64,000 bases of DNA from Octopus vulgaris. Taxonomy: Eukaryota. Below are positions 26,215 to 40,943 of this stretch, piece after piece (position 1 is the stretch's first letter; every line of letters begins with the position of its first letter). The stretch is from contig OX597818.1 of assembly GCA_951406725.2 (NCBI GenBank), positions 86,676,001-86,740,000 of the forward strand, read 5' to 3'. A model generated the notes under the pieces. That model did no database searches, had not been told where the DNA came from, and saw only the letters and a list, made by a program, of their open reading frames with translations. The translations under genes were made by a program, and so were the position numbers.

Positions 26215-26856
26215 CATAGATGCATGCATACATGCGTACATGCGTACTTGTATACATGCATGCATACATACAAATATATAGATATTGATATACAATTATA
26301 TGTATCATTACACGTCCTCCATTGTCTTTTGAATCCTCTCTTTCCTATTCACCTTTTCCATTCTCTACTCAACACTTGTCTCCCCTCCCCCCCCACTTTT
26401 TTTGAAATCTTCTTCATCCTTCCTCTCACTCTTTCTCACGCACATCTCCCGCTATCACTCACCTTTATTAAAGGGCCGACTCTATAGCATACACATACGG
26501 TAATTATCTGATAAGACAACACATACAGGCTTATGGGAACCAGTTAGATAAAGTACAATGAGGAGCTTTCGCATTACTCTCCGTCAGCATTTCGTTCCAT
26601 CTTCAGTTGCAGCTCATATTTACGAAATGTAATCAATAAATGTTATTAATAGACGCAGGTGTGACATAGTCGCCGATGTGGCATAGGCGCAGGTATGGAT
26701 TTGTGGTATGAAGTTTGCTGTTCAACCACATGGTTCTGGATTCAGTCCAACTGAGTGACATCTTGGGCAAGTGCCTTCTACTATAGCTCCGGGCCGATAA
26801 AATCCCCGTGAGTGGATTAAGTAGGTGAAAACTGAAGGAATTCCGTCGTATACTTA

Positions 26857-27120
26857 TACGAGGATCGGCTGAAAAGTACATAGCCTGACCAAAATACCCT
26901 AATGGAATGTGACCAAATTACGTTTATTTTTCAACATAGTTCCTCTGGCAGTCTACACACTTATTCCATCGGAGTTGCAGTACTTGGATCCCATTGGTGA
27001 AGAAACTTTTATCTTGATTGTCAAAAAATGTTATCAACAGCTGATGACGTCATCATCACTGCTATACTGGTTCCCAGCCAAGTGTTTTCTCATGCTTAGA
27101 AACTGCTTGACCGGGATTTG
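26857..27120 (-). mobile_element. mariner 3' fragment
   Basis: TIR tacgaggatcggctgaaaagt; minus strand encodes RWNKCVDCQRNYVEK. Confidence 0.7.
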
Positions 27121-27839
27121 AAATTGAATTTCTCTTTATTCAAAACAAAACCGCAATATTCAAAATTGTTTCTACATTTGTAAAGTATTACAATGCAAAT
27201 GGCAATTGAAAAGCCGATGCCCCACCTAGAAAAAAAAGAATTGGCGCCAGGGAGTCTTCTCGACTTGAGTGAAACAATTGAGTTTTTTTAACTCTGACCT
27301 GTTCACACATTAATAAATGATAATATTGCGTCTAATAAAGGAGAAACAGAAAGATAACACAGCTTGGATGATTCAAGTTCTCCCACAAGTTACAAGAGTA
27401 GCACGTACAAGACACCTCTAACAGCTGAGACATCGTCTCTTACCCTTACTCTTTCCCTCCACTCTCTCTCACACACTCTCTCACACACACACACTCTCTC
27501 ATTCTCTCTCTTACACACATACACTCTTTCTCTCTTTTTCTCTGTCACAACAAAACTGACTAAACGCACAGAACTTACCTGTCGGGTTTTTTACAAACTC
27601 ATTTCTCTTCTATCATACATACATCGCACGACTCGGCCTCGCGAACGAAGACTTACTGGCAGTGTTGGGTGGGGTAGATATCCGCACCTGTTGCAAGCTT
27701 CTTGCTGATGCCTGACAAATCCAATTTGTAACAAACCGGTACGACCGTAGAGACTGCATTGGCAGGTGGGCTGGTCAAGGCCGATCGTATTATCATTATT
27801 ATGTTAACAATAATGGTAATACAATCGACTTTAGTTCGT

Positions 27840-28315
27840 AGCTGGACTGCTTGCCGCGGCTCTCGGCAGTTGACGAAATTTGGGAGGTGACGAGCGATTG
27901 CACAAGTCGCAGATCACCCGGTTTGGATGGTTTGCCCTATGAATTCTATGTTTTCATGTCAGATTCATTTGGCGACCTCTTAGCAGACGCCTACCGCGAC
28001 TGGCAACAGAACGGGAGATTTCCTAATGCTGTTAGCAGAGGTGTGGTGACACCACTGAGGAAGGACGCCAACAATGGGAACGTACTAGAGAATTTGAGAT
28101 TTTGGCCAGGGTATTAGCGAAAAGGCTGGTGCTTGCCGTCGTTAGCCTGATCGGAGAAGCGCAAACGAGTAGGTCTATCCACGACAACCTCCACCTTATG
28201 CGATACATCATAGAGAGGGCTGGGACCAAAGCTGGTTTCAGAGATGCTCTGATTAATTAGGATCAACCGAAAGCATTCGATAGGGTTGACCATAGCTACT
28301 TGGAAGTCGCCCTGA
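27840..28315 (+). mobile_element. L1/Tx1-clade LINE RT fragment
   Basis: RSPGLDGLPYEFY...RGVVTPLRKD...ILARVLAKRL...RSIHDNLHLMRYII...DQPKAFDRVDHSYL. Confidence 0.9.
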
Positions 28316-28380
<65 letters not shown>

Positions 28381-28639
28381 GGCGGAGAGTTGGCAAAATC
28401 GTTAGCAAATCGGACACAATGCTTAGCGGCATTTCGTCTGTCTTTACGTTCTTAGCTCAAATGTCGTTGGGGTCAACTTTGCCTTCCATACTTTCAGGGC
28501 CAATAAATTAAGTACCCGTGAAACACTGAGGTCGATGTAATCGAGGAGTCTCCTCTCCTAAAATGTGTGCCTTTAGTAGAAAGGATTATTATTATTATCA
28601 TTACTGTTATTATTATAGGCGCAGGAGTGTCTGTATTAT

Positions 28640-29053
28640 AGGCGCAGGAGTGGCTGTGTGGCAAGTAGTTTGCTTACCAGACACATGGTCCCGGGTTCAG
28701 TCCCACTGCGTGGCACCCTGGGCAAGTGTCTTCTACTATAGCCTCGAGCCGACCAAAGTCTTGTGAGTGGATTTGGTAGACGGAAACTCAAAGAAACCTG
28801 TCGTATATATATATATATATGTGTGTGTGTGTATGTTTGTGTATCTATGTTTGTGTATCTGTGTTTGTACCCCAGCATCGCTTGACAACCGAGGCTGGTG
28901 TGTTTACGTCTCCGTAACTTAGCGGTTCGGCAAGAGAGACCTATAGGATAAGTACTAAGCGCTTATAAAGAATAAGTCCTGGGGTCGATTTGCTCGACTA
29001 AAGGCAGTGCTCGAGCATGGCCGCAGTCAAATGACTGAAACAAATAAAAGAAT
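28640..29053 (+). mobile_element. tRNA-derived SINE family C, full length
   Basis: aggcgcaggagtggctgtgtgg head, gggttcagtccc B box; first about 19 bp duplicated just upstream. Confidence 0.9.
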
Positions 29054-29093
29054 AAATGAATTATTATTGTTGTTGTTGTTGTTGTTGTTGTTG

Positions 29094-29452
29094 TTATTCC
29101 TCCCCCTCAACGGAGGCGGAGGTATTGTTTTCAGCCGTGTTTGTTTATCTGTGGACAAGATATCTCAAGAACCGCGAGATGGATTCGGAAGAAACTTTCT
29201 GGGATGATTGGCCTCATGACATGAACTGATTATATTTTGGGATCGATCCGGTACCGGACAAGGATTCTGTTTTTTTGTTTTTTTTATTTTACTTAATTTT
29301 TGAGAGCGGTCCGGTCCATTTTTAGTACCCTCGTTTTCGAGAGCAGTCGAGTTTACTTCTGCTATTCTCATTTTAAAAATCATCTCTAGTTAACCGTTGA
29401 GAGGACGATGGTGTTGCCTTGGTAGAGATTTGCGCTCTTTGAGTGCTCTTGT
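29094..29452 (+). mobile_element. Helentron-associated (HINE/DINE-like) non-autonomous element
   Basis: 5' cctcc..ggaggcggagg, gtttgtttatctg microsatellite, 3' gccttggtagag plus palindrome gcgctc-ttt-gagtgc. Confidence 0.6.
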
Positions 29453-29456
29453 TGTG

Positions 29457-29527
<71 letters not shown>

Positions 29528-30629
29528 GCCTGCTGTATTTCTGGATTAGTAATTTATTGCTGGTGCTCTAACCATTAGATCAAACTATCTAAATAAAGTA
29601 CAACTGAGTCATGTGTTTGCAAGAGAATGTATTTAATATATAGACATCCCAAGCGGACACACACACATATGTGTATATATATATATATATATACATACGT
29701 ACAGACACGCATACCTGTATAAATACACGTATATACATAGACATTCACATGCATACTCATCTTTATACATTTATACATATACACGTATATAATATATGAA
29801 TATATATATATACTATATATACTATATATATATATATATATATATATACCCTATGTATATGTACAGTGCATATATATATATATATATAGTATATTTTATA
29901 TATGTGTATACGTATAAATGTACATACATGTATACATATATATACATATATATATTACATACGTGTATATGTGTAAATGTATATACATGTGTGTATATAT
30001 ATATATATAAATGTGTGTGTGTGTGCATATATATGTGTGTATGTATAATGTATACGCTTGTGTGTCTATAATTGTAAACATAGACACTTAGACACAGAAC
30101 ATGTGTCAGTGTATGAGTGTGTGTGTGATTGTGTTGTGCGCGCGCGTGTGTGTGTGTAACAGGAAGTAACCACGGTATGTCAAAACGGCCATTAGTGACT
30201 CATGACCAGCTCAGTTCTTACACAAACCAATACATTTTAAATTAAACTACAAACAGAGACTAAACCACGGCTTTTGGGATTTTCACTCTATTTATCAATA
30301 AGTTAGCTATGAAAGCGTCCATGGCAGGATCGATTCCAACACTCCCTATGACATATTAATTTCAGTAGTTTCAGGCAATTGGTTTACATCCGGGTTTGGA
30401 TTCTTAGTTTTTTTTTTGGGGGGGGGGGGGGTAGTGGGGATTTTTTTCTTTCTCTTAGAATTCGACCAACAAAACAAGACAATAGGCGAATATCGAAACA
30501 ATTAAATAACAACAAAAAAGAATTTGTAATGGAGGATATCTCCCTTTCCGGATTTCTTTGTTTGTTGTGTTTTTTTGTTGTTTTTTTCTATTAGAGTTGC
30601 AGAATGGTTGAGATATAAAATTTAGAAGT

Positions 30630-31352
30630 AATGATGATAATGGCGGTGGCGATGATGAGGATGATGATGATGACGACGACGACGACGATGATGATGATGA
30701 TGATCATCATCATCATAACGATGCTGTCGATGATGCTCTTCATCAAGGCGATGATGATGATGTTGTTGACGATGGTGATGAAGAGAATGATGATGATATT
30801 GATGATAGTAGTGTTGGTGTCGGTGTTAATAGTAGTGGGGTGGTGCTGGTGGTGCTGGTTACAAGGACGAGTGTAACGGCAACAATGATGAATACGATGA
30901 CTATAATGACGATCCTTGTTATTGTTGCTGTTGTTGTTGTTGCTGTTGCGGTGGTTGATGTTGATGTTGTTGTTGTTGCGGTGTTGGTGGTGGTGGTGGT
31001 GGGGTGGCGGCGAAGACAAAAGTGACAGCAGCGTCAAAGAATACGACAACGACGGTGATGTTGACGATGACGGTGATGATGATGTTGATGAACTAGAGGA
31101 GGAGGTGGAGGAGGAGGAGGAGGAGGAGGATGAAGATGGGGGAGGAGGAGGGGAGATGGGGGGAGATGGGGAGAGGAGGAGGAGAAGAGAAGGAGTGGAG
31201 GAGGAGAAGAGAAGGAGTGGAGGAGGAGAAGAGAAGGAGTGGAGGAGGAGAAGAGAAGGAGTGGAGGAGGAGAAGAGAAGGAGTGGAGGAGGAGAAGAGA
31301 AGGAGTGGAGGAGGAGGAGGGAGGAGGGAAGGAGGGAGGAGGAGGAGGAGGT
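30630..31352. repeat. compound trinucleotide and purine-rich low-complexity tract
   Basis: (GAT)n, (GTT)n, (GAG)n and a tandem gaggaggagaagagaaggagtg unit. Confidence 0.9.
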
Positions 31353-31964
31353 TTAACGTAGCTCAAGAGTAAAAATATAAACGGTGATGGAGATTGAAGA
31401 AACAACATCTCCTACTCTTGCAGAAAAATATTCCGAAATAAATTTTGTTATTTCATGATAATGATGTTTCAGCCATAGCTACATATAGCAACCAAGATAT
31501 ATGCATGCGCGCACCAATATACGCGCGAGCACACACACACACATATAACTCCATACATACATTAAAAAATACTTTCCTTCACAACATTGCTACCAATTAA
31601 GTGTCCGGTCAAAATTAACTCTAAAATTAAAACGAGAAAGAGAAGAACATGCATACATGTATATATGTAAGTAAGCAGAAATACATACATACATACATAT
31701 ATACATACACACACACACACATACATACATACATACATACATACATACATACATACATACATACATACATACATACATACATACATACATACATACATAC
31801 ATACATACATACATACATGCATGCATGCATGCATACATGCATACATACACATACATACATACATACATACATACATACATACATACATACATACATAAAT
31901 ACATACATACATACATACATACATACATACATACATACATACATACATACATACATACACACAT

Positions 31965-32330
31965 ACAAGGCACGATGGTCAGACGGTACTAGATGACGGA
32001 TGTGATTTATGCATTCGCCACCTCCGCCCGACATTTTAGAGATAGCTTCTCCATCCATTACTGGGTGAGAGTGGTCACACTACTCGGTATCTCGTCCCAG
32101 TTCTTCTCCAGTTGCAGGTGTGGAAAGAACCAGACCCCGAACAATTTAACCGGTCCGTCGGTCCAGGGTACCACGATGGAGACGCAGTTGGACGGCATGG
32201 GCTTATTTCTCTAAGTGCCGAGATGCAAGCCCACTGACGTTTCCCGGTTAATTTTCGCTCACGTTACCGCTTCGTATTCATTTAGTGTCTTGCCGATCAG
32301 GTCAATATGACTGTGGCTCGACACAAGTAA
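31965..32330 (-). mobile_element. L1/Tx1-clade LINE fragment (RT thumb region)
   Basis: EYEAVT*AKINRETSVGLHLG...WTDGPVKLFGVWF...EKNWDEI...LSLKCRAEVAN, with stops. Confidence 0.8.
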
Positions 32331-32345
32331 GGTAGATTGATAGCT

Positions 32346-32378
<33 letters not shown>

Positions 32379-32412
32379 GATAGACAGATAGACAGACAGA
32401 CAGACAGACAGA

Positions 32413-32464
<52 letters not shown>

Positions 32465-32469
32465 TAGAC

Positions 32470-32550
<81 letters not shown>

Positions 32551-32611
32551 CAGACACACAGACAGACAGACAGACAGACAGGCTGACAGACGGACAGACA
32601 GACAGACAGAC

Positions 32612-32674
<63 letters not shown>

Positions 32675-32830
32675 ACCTGGTAAATATACTCTGTTTATAT
32701 GTACTAACGTATTTTGTCGCTCTATCTCTGATATGTCACATACATTCATTTGGTCACGTACACATACAATTCATTCAAAGTGTACATACGCACGTATACA
32801 TAGTTATAGATCTCTTCCAGTGTGTTGTAC

Positions 32831-32887
<57 letters not shown>

Positions 32888-32961
32888 ATATATATGTATG
32901 TATATGTATACATATATTTATATACACACACGTATATATATATATATATTTTTTTTTTTTT

Positions 32962-33292
32962 GGACCCCCTTCGGTCATGAATGACCATGGGATTGCACCT
33001 AGAAAGTTACCCTCCTAGACACAAGTCCGGGCACGGTTGTTTATGGAGGACCAGCAGTCGTCCATGCATACCGGCCTCCCCTCTCCACGCCACCAGTGTT
33101 ATCCAAGGGAAAGACAAAGGTCGATACAGCTTGGCACCAGTGACGTCGCAACTCATTTCTACAGCTGAGTGAACTGGAGCAACGTGAAATAAAGTGCCTT
33201 GCTCAAGAACACAACACCCAGCCCGGTCCGGGATTCGAGCTCACAACCTCACGATCGTAAGCTCGACGCTCTAACCACTGAGCCATGCGCCT
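32962..33292 (-). mobile_element. SINE family B
   Basis: Reverse complement of 7282-7612. Confidence 0.9.
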
Positions 33293-33729
33293 TATATATA
33301 TATATATACATACATACATACATCCATACATCTATCCATCCATCCATCCATACATACATACATACATACATACATACATACATACATACATACATACATA
33401 CATACATACATACACAAGGAATGCTTTATGACTCTCACGAAAGGCCTTATTGAAGGCCCAACATTCCGGGTTCTTTTACCGCGCTGAGAAAAATTGAAGG
33501 ACCGCTGCAATAAGTCAGTGAATCTGAGCGGGGAATATTTTGAATAAAATCATAATTAACTGACCCTCCTGTTTTTTCTTTTACTCAAAGCCAGGAATTT
33601 GTCGCCATTCCTTCGTACATATCTACATATATATTTACAAAGAGAGAGAGGGAGAGAGAGAAAGAGGGACACACAAACAGACTGAGGCAGAGAGAAAGAA
33701 CTTGTGACAAAGCAAACAGGGCGACAACG

Positions 33730-34320
33730 TGGTATAAAACCGACAAGTATCAAGAAGTGATGTTTGTACAGGCTACAGCCCATGGAGAACTAGCTCGTAG
33801 ATTTAGGAAAGCTCTGAAGGAGACCAAACTCAACATTAAGATTGTTGAAAAGCCAAGGAACTCCGTTAGATCACAACTTTGAGAATACCATATGCACCAA
33901 TGATAACTGCATTGTATGTAGGATTAGCCGTAGCATTAACTGTAGAACTAGAAATGTAGTTTACAGCATAAGAAGCATAGAAGGTGATTGTAAGGGCGTG
34001 AACATGATGTACATAGGGGAGACGTCTAGGAGCATTGCGGAACGACTAAATGAACATCTGAGACAATATGACGACAAAAACAGTCCTCCATACTCTACCA
34101 ACATGCTTAAGACCAACATGGAGGCAACTTGGGTCAACTTGACATTCACATCTTATCCAAGCACCTAAAAGACCAAGCACTAAGACAAATACGGGAGTAC
34201 GTCCTTATAAATGAAACTTCCCCAGTACTAAATAGAAAATAGAAAATACCCCCAGACCCACAGTTTGCACTGGTAAAGTAGAATAGTTAGCTCGTGATAT
34301 AAGAGTTCTTAGAATGTGAC
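33730..34320 (+). mobile_element. Penelope-like element fragment (GIY-YIG endonuclease)
   Basis: CxxxxCxxC...NCRTRNVVYSI...YIGETSRSIAERLNEH; frameshifted. Confidence 0.9.
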
Positions 34321-34670
34321 AGACTTTTGAAGCACCCTGTATATATTTATATATATATATACATATATATACATATATATATATACATATAAATATATAA
34401 TTACATATATATATATATATAAATATATATATATACATGCATACATACAAACATACTTACATACATTCATACGATACATACATGCATACATACATACATA
34501 CATACATACATACATACATACACAATACATACATACATACATACATACATACATACATACATACATACATACATACATACATACATACATACATACATAC
34601 TTTAGCGAACATACATCCAAACATTCATTCCCATCCTTCGCCTTCTATAAATCTTACGCTCTATCTGTTA

Positions 34671-34732
<62 letters not shown>

Positions 34733-34976
34733 ACTTTCTTGCTTTGAATGTATACATACATTCAGGCATACACACATATATATATATCACACACTCAGTC
34801 AAACACATACATACATACATACATACATACATGTGCGTGTATGTGTGTGTGTGTGTGTATATAAATATATATATATATATATATTTGTTTGTATGTATAT
34901 ACTTATACAAATATACATACATTCATACATACCCTGTATTATAATAGAATTATTATTATTATGATGATTATTATTA

Positions 34977-35043
<67 letters not shown>

Positions 35044-35649
35044 CATCATCATCATCATTATTATTATTATTTTCCTGTATTCCCCTTTAGAATTATCAAA
35101 AACAAAAAAAAAGGAAACAGAATATACATTGACGTATTCCCATCGTCAGAATTGCTTACATAGGTTTTTACTTGGGAAAAAACCTAAAACATGAAAGGAT
35201 GAAAGAACGAAATCTTACCAAACGATCTGGAACTTCCCACAACCAAAGAAATTCCAAAATCTTTGTTGTTGATGTTTTTTTTTTTTTAATTTCGATCGTT
35301 TTTTGTTACATATTATCTATTTTTACTCTTTGCTTTATCAGAAAACTTCTTTCATAAAATAGTTTTTCGTTGTTTTTTTTTTTTTGTTTTTTTTTTTTGC
35401 TTTTTTTTTTTTTGTTTTTGCTTGCTTTTTTAAATGAAGAACAAAAAAAGCGACGAATGAAAAGGAAGTCCAGAATTTTCTTTTACACCTTAAATTGCTT
35501 TCTTACATCGGGTCAAAGACAAGCATTTTTGAGATTTTTGAAAACATCGCAATACGGTATAACATTGCACGATATTATTCAGTACCAGGAAAGCAGTAAG
35601 CTGGCAGAAGCGTTAGCACGCAGGGCAAAATACTTGGCGGCATTTTGCC

Positions 35650-35950
35650 CGGCGAACAGTTTTTGTGGAAACTGAGTTCTCGTGATGGTCATTAAGCTCT
35701 GCAGTAATTTTGGGACCTGTACTTTTGTGATTCTTTCTAGCAATTCACGTACGTGTACGACGGTCCCTATATGAAAGTTTTGGTTTTCTTCCGGAGTTTT
35801 GTTTCGACGAGGAGAATTTTCCTTCTTTCTCAAAGGCTGTCATTACTTTCGAGACAGTACTTCTTGATACACGAAACATTTTGGCTGTTAGCACCTGTCA
35901 TACGAGCACCAACAATCTGACTTCTTTGAAAGTCCGATAGATCTGTCATT
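35650..35950 (-). mobile_element. Tc1 transposase N-terminal fragment
   Basis: MTDLSDFQRSQIVGAR...VSRSTVSKVMTAFEKEGK...SGRKPKLSYRDRR...ITAELN...VSTKTVRR. Confidence 0.85.
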
Positions 35951-36935
35951 TTAGATCTGTCATGGAGGGTCGTTAGACCGGACGAAGGTAAAATAGCGAA
36001 CACTGGAGAAATATTTTCTTGGACAAGAGAAAAGATACAAGAGATAGACAGGATACGTCCAACCTCTAGGACAGCTTTGAAAGAAAAGAAATATGATCAA
36101 GTGAAGAAAAGAAAGATGGACGATTATCACGTGTGAGAAACGAGAGAGAGTAAAGGAGAAAGAAGGGAGAGAGTGACAGATAGCAAACAGTGAAGGAGAG
36201 AAAAGGAATTATAGAAAGGATGAGAGAGAAAACGACAGAGGGAGAGAACAGTATAGGGTAGAGTCCCATCAAAAAGATAAATTTACTTGGAAATGGATGC
36301 GTGGCACAGACATACATTGAGAGAGGGAGAGCAAGAGAGAGAGAGAAAAGCAAACAGACAGACAAACAAAGACAGGGAGACAGACAGATAAACAGAGACA
36401 GAGAGATACAGAGAGAGAAAGGTAAGGAATAAATAAACAGATCTTACAGAACCTAAGGACTTAATTCCCAACTGCAATTTCTATAACCATCTTCCGACAC
36501 GCATCACACTTAAGATAATACACAAACACTCACAAATAAACACACATGCGCGCGCACGCACACTTACACACACACACATGCAAAAACACATGCAAAAACA
36601 CATTAAACACACAAGTCACCAAATGCATTCTTTGTTAAGTATCCTATTCGAACTTCATTACACAGACTTAATTTCCCACCGCAGTTTCTCTAAACATCTC
36701 CCAGCATACGCCACTCTCTTTACAGCGTACAACATTACATCGTATCCCACTTCTAATTTACAGCAAAATACATGCTGCTCACACAAAAACTATCATGCAA
36801 AAGTCACACACACACACTCTCTACGCAGCAGACATGCACACACACACACACGCGCGCGAACGCACACACGCGCGCGAACGCACACACGCACACACATACG
36901 TGCGCATGCGCGCGCGCGTGCGTACACACACACAA

Positions 36936-37561
36936 ACGAGCTGGCAGAAACGTTAGCACGCCGGGCGAAATGCGTAGCCGTATTTCGTCTGTCGTTACGT
37001 TCTGAGTTCAAATGCCGCCGAGGTCGACTTTGCCTTTCATCCTTTCGGGGTCGATAAACTAAGTACCAGTTACACACTGGGGTCGATGTAATCGACTTAA
37101 TCCGTTTGTCTGTCCTTGTTTGTCCCCTCTGTGTTTAGCCCCTTGTGGGTAGTAAAGAAATAGGTATTTCGTCTGCCGTTACGTTCTGAGTTCAAATTCC
37201 GCCGAGGTCGACTTTTCTTTTCATCCTTTCGGGTCGATTAAATAAGTACTAGTTACGCACTGGGTCGATATAATGGACTTAATCCGTTTGTCTGTCCTTG
37301 TTTGTTCTCTCTGTGTTTAGCCACTGTGTTTAGCCACTGTGTTTAGCCCCTTGTGGGCAGTAAAGAAATAAGAAACGTTAGCACGCCGGGCGAAAGGCTT
37401 AGCGGTATTTCGTCTGCCGTTACGTTCTGAGTTCAAATTCCGCCGAGGTCGACTTTTCCTTTCATCCTTTCGGGGTCGATTAAATAAGTAATCGACCTAA
37501 TCCCTTTGTCTGTCCTTGTTTGTCCCCTCTGTGTGTAGCCCCTGTGGGCAATAAAGAAATA
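36936..37561 (+). mobile_element. SINE family A trimer
   Basis: Three head-to-tail units. Confidence 0.9.
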
Positions 37562-37593
37562 ACAAACGTTTATGCACTTTTAACGTACATATA

Positions 37594-37693
37594 CAGTACT
37601 CCCTCGATTATCGCGGCTGTTACGTTCCAACCACCTACCGCGATAGGTGAAAATTCGTGAATTAGAAACTGTACTGTATATTTATTATTATTA

Positions 37694-37769
<76 letters not shown>

Positions 37770-38355
37770 CATTATTATTATTGAGTGAGAGAGCAGTGCA
37801 TGCCATCAAAGTGACACTGGGGTAAAATATACGAAGCCCAATATACTCATCATGACTACCCGTCTGATAATGTTACACCAGGCACATGCATCACAACCAT
37901 ATGTGCGCGACATGGTGATCTCATATCAAGATAAACAGCACATGACCTTGCAGGTGGGCCCAGTTAGAATTTTCTTCAGGTTGAGTAACCCATCCCGCTC
38001 AAAAGGTCCCTGTATAAGGGTTGTTTAAGAATGTAGAAAGAACCACCCATGTTTCCAGAGGTGAATTATTCAAACCCCAAAGAATCCCTCTGAACACATG
38101 GCTATGATGCTCCCTCACTACTTCTGCTCGTGATCAGAGATGCACATATCGTCAGCCACTAAGGGACATGCTCAACTGGTTAAGGTCAAACAACTGACAA
38201 GCAAATATGTGGTATTGAGCAGAATATTTGCTGTAGCCCATCTTTTATACCAAGACAAAACAATGTACATGATAACACTTCCAATCAGTTAAGATCAGAA
38301 GCCATGAGAGCCACTGCCTGGTACTGCATCAGGGCATTTATTATTATTATTATTA

Positions 38356-38423
<68 letters not shown>

Positions 38424-38448
38424 GTTGTTGTTGTTATTAGTATTATTA

Positions 38449-38516
<68 letters not shown>

Positions 38517-38534
38517 CAATCATTATTATTATTG

Positions 38535-38604
<70 letters not shown>

Positions 38605-38643
38605 CAATCATTATTATTATTATTGTTATTATTATTATTATTA

Positions 38644-38723
<80 letters not shown>

Positions 38724-38853
38724 CATTATTATTATTATTGTAATTTGTATATATTCATTTTATTATAAATGCAAAACAACACCACGGAGGAATCGACGTA
38801 AGCTTAGATAATAAACCGCGATAGGTGAACCGCGATATGGCGAGGGATTACTG
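37594..38853. mobile_element. pogo/Tigger-like MITE interrupted by (TAA)n and a nested element
   Basis: TA-cagtactccctcg ... cgagggattactg-TA; subterminal accgcgataggtgaa at both ends. Confidence 0.75.
37783..38340 (-). mobile_element. (TAA)n-inserted about 560-bp element, second copy
   Basis: Reverse complement of 13852-14409. Confidence 0.85.
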
Positions 38854-39778
38854 TAAATAGACACAATACGTACTGAGTCGTCTCGTGTATATGCATACCA
38901 AACATATATACAAAATATACACCCTGGCACTCCATCGGTTACGGCGACGAGTGCTTCCGATGATCCAATCAACGGAACAACTTGTTCGTGAAATTAACGT
39001 GCATGTGGCTGAGTACTCCACAGACCCGCATACCCTTAACATAGTTTTCAGGGAGATTCAGCGTACCAAAGAATATGACAAGGCAGGCCCTTTGAAATAC
39101 TGGTGCTACTCATTTTTTGACAGTTGAGTGAAGTAGATCAACGTGAAATAAAGTGTGTTGCTTAAGAACACAACGTGCCGCCAGGAATCGAACGCACGAA
39201 TTTACAACCGTGAGACGAATACACTAACCACCAATCCACGCCGGATGGATGAACTGGAACAACGTGACGTAAAGTGCGTTGCTCGAGGAAACAACGCGCC
39301 GCTAGGAATCGAACACACTACTTTACGATCGTGAGCCGCATACCCGAACCACTGAGTCACTCGTTTTCATATGCAATTTCAACTTTCGCATAAATACATA
39401 CACACGCGCACTACTAACACGAACAAGGAACCAGCTTTAAGAAACGTAATTATCAAACACACATTAAACTCACCGATTGTCCCTTTTTGAAATATTTGTC
39501 TACTGAAAGTCATTCAGTCACGCTAACTTATTTTTGCATAACTTTCCAGAATAAATAACAACGGTGTAGAAAACGCATGTATCTCCGACCCTTCAACATC
39601 TCCTTTTCATTTTCTTTTTCTCGCCCCTTCTCTCATTATTTTTCTCTTTCTCCATTCTTTCCTTCCTGAAGAAGGACCACGTTACGAAACGTTAAAAACA
39701 TCTCTTTTCTTTTTATACGTCGTACTTCCCATGTTTCTTATGTACTTTTCATGTGTGTGTGAGTGTGTATATATATAT

Positions 39779-39812
<34 letters not shown>

Positions 39813-40026
39813 TGTCAGAAATTTAGAGACAGATTTAAAGACAGGCAGACATATTGATACAGGGAGGTATATGAATATTTAAGTGCATAGATATACACAC
39901 ACACAAATATACATACATTCATCCATCCATCCAGCCATCCAGACAGACAGATAGAAAGATAGATAGATTCACAGGAACATACTCTAATACACATATACAT
40001 ATTTACATATGTACTCACGCATACAA

Positions 40027-40086
<60 letters not shown>

Positions 40087-40217
40087 ACACTTACACACAC
40101 ACACACACGCCCGCACAAACGAACACATACGCATATCCATACATGGATACACATCTATCTGCCCCTCATCACTCACTCTCACCCACTCTACCTCTCTCTT
40201 CATCTCTGTCTCTCCCT

Positions 40218-40253
<36 letters not shown>

Positions 40254-40286
40254 GGATGTATACGCCCACATCTATATATATGTGTA

Positions 40287-40360
<74 letters not shown>

Positions 40361-40426
40361 AAGAGAGAGAGATCTACTGGGATTTAGATAAACAAACCCA
40401 CGAAGATACAAAGACAAACAAGATAT

Positions 40427-40536
<110 letters not shown>

Positions 40537-40609
40537 GGACGAACGGACAGATAGATAAATAGACGGACAGACGGATGGATAGATGGATGGATGGATGGAT
40601 GGATGGATG

Positions 40610-40676
<67 letters not shown>

Positions 40677-40877
40677 TTTAAAAAATAAACAAATATCACC
40701 GAACATCATATGCAGTGATTGCCACAGTTTTACCGTATATTCGTGTGGCTTCGTGTCTGGAACTGAATCTCAGCAGCTAATCTTATTAAACTGTAAACAT
40801 AGAGGAGTGAACGTTCCTGAGAATAGCAACCAACGCTGACTGCAACTTGTAGAAAAAACAAAAGGTTTTTTGAAAAC

Positions 40878-40943
40878 ATGGCACGACTTCTCACTTTTCT
40901 TATTTCTGCACGAAAGTATCTCTTATTTTTACTTTCACTCTCG
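40878..40943 (+). CDS. candidate first coding exon encoding a signal-peptide-like N-terminus
   Basis: aaaacATGG start context, MARLLTFLISARKYLLFLLSLS, consensus donor TCG|GTAAGT; lies in a unique island at 40700-40970. Confidence 0.55.

Noticed and set aside
30591-31408. Poly-Met, poly-Glu and poly-Pro ORFs
   Set aside because: Pure trinucleotide low-complexity sequence with no splice or composition support.
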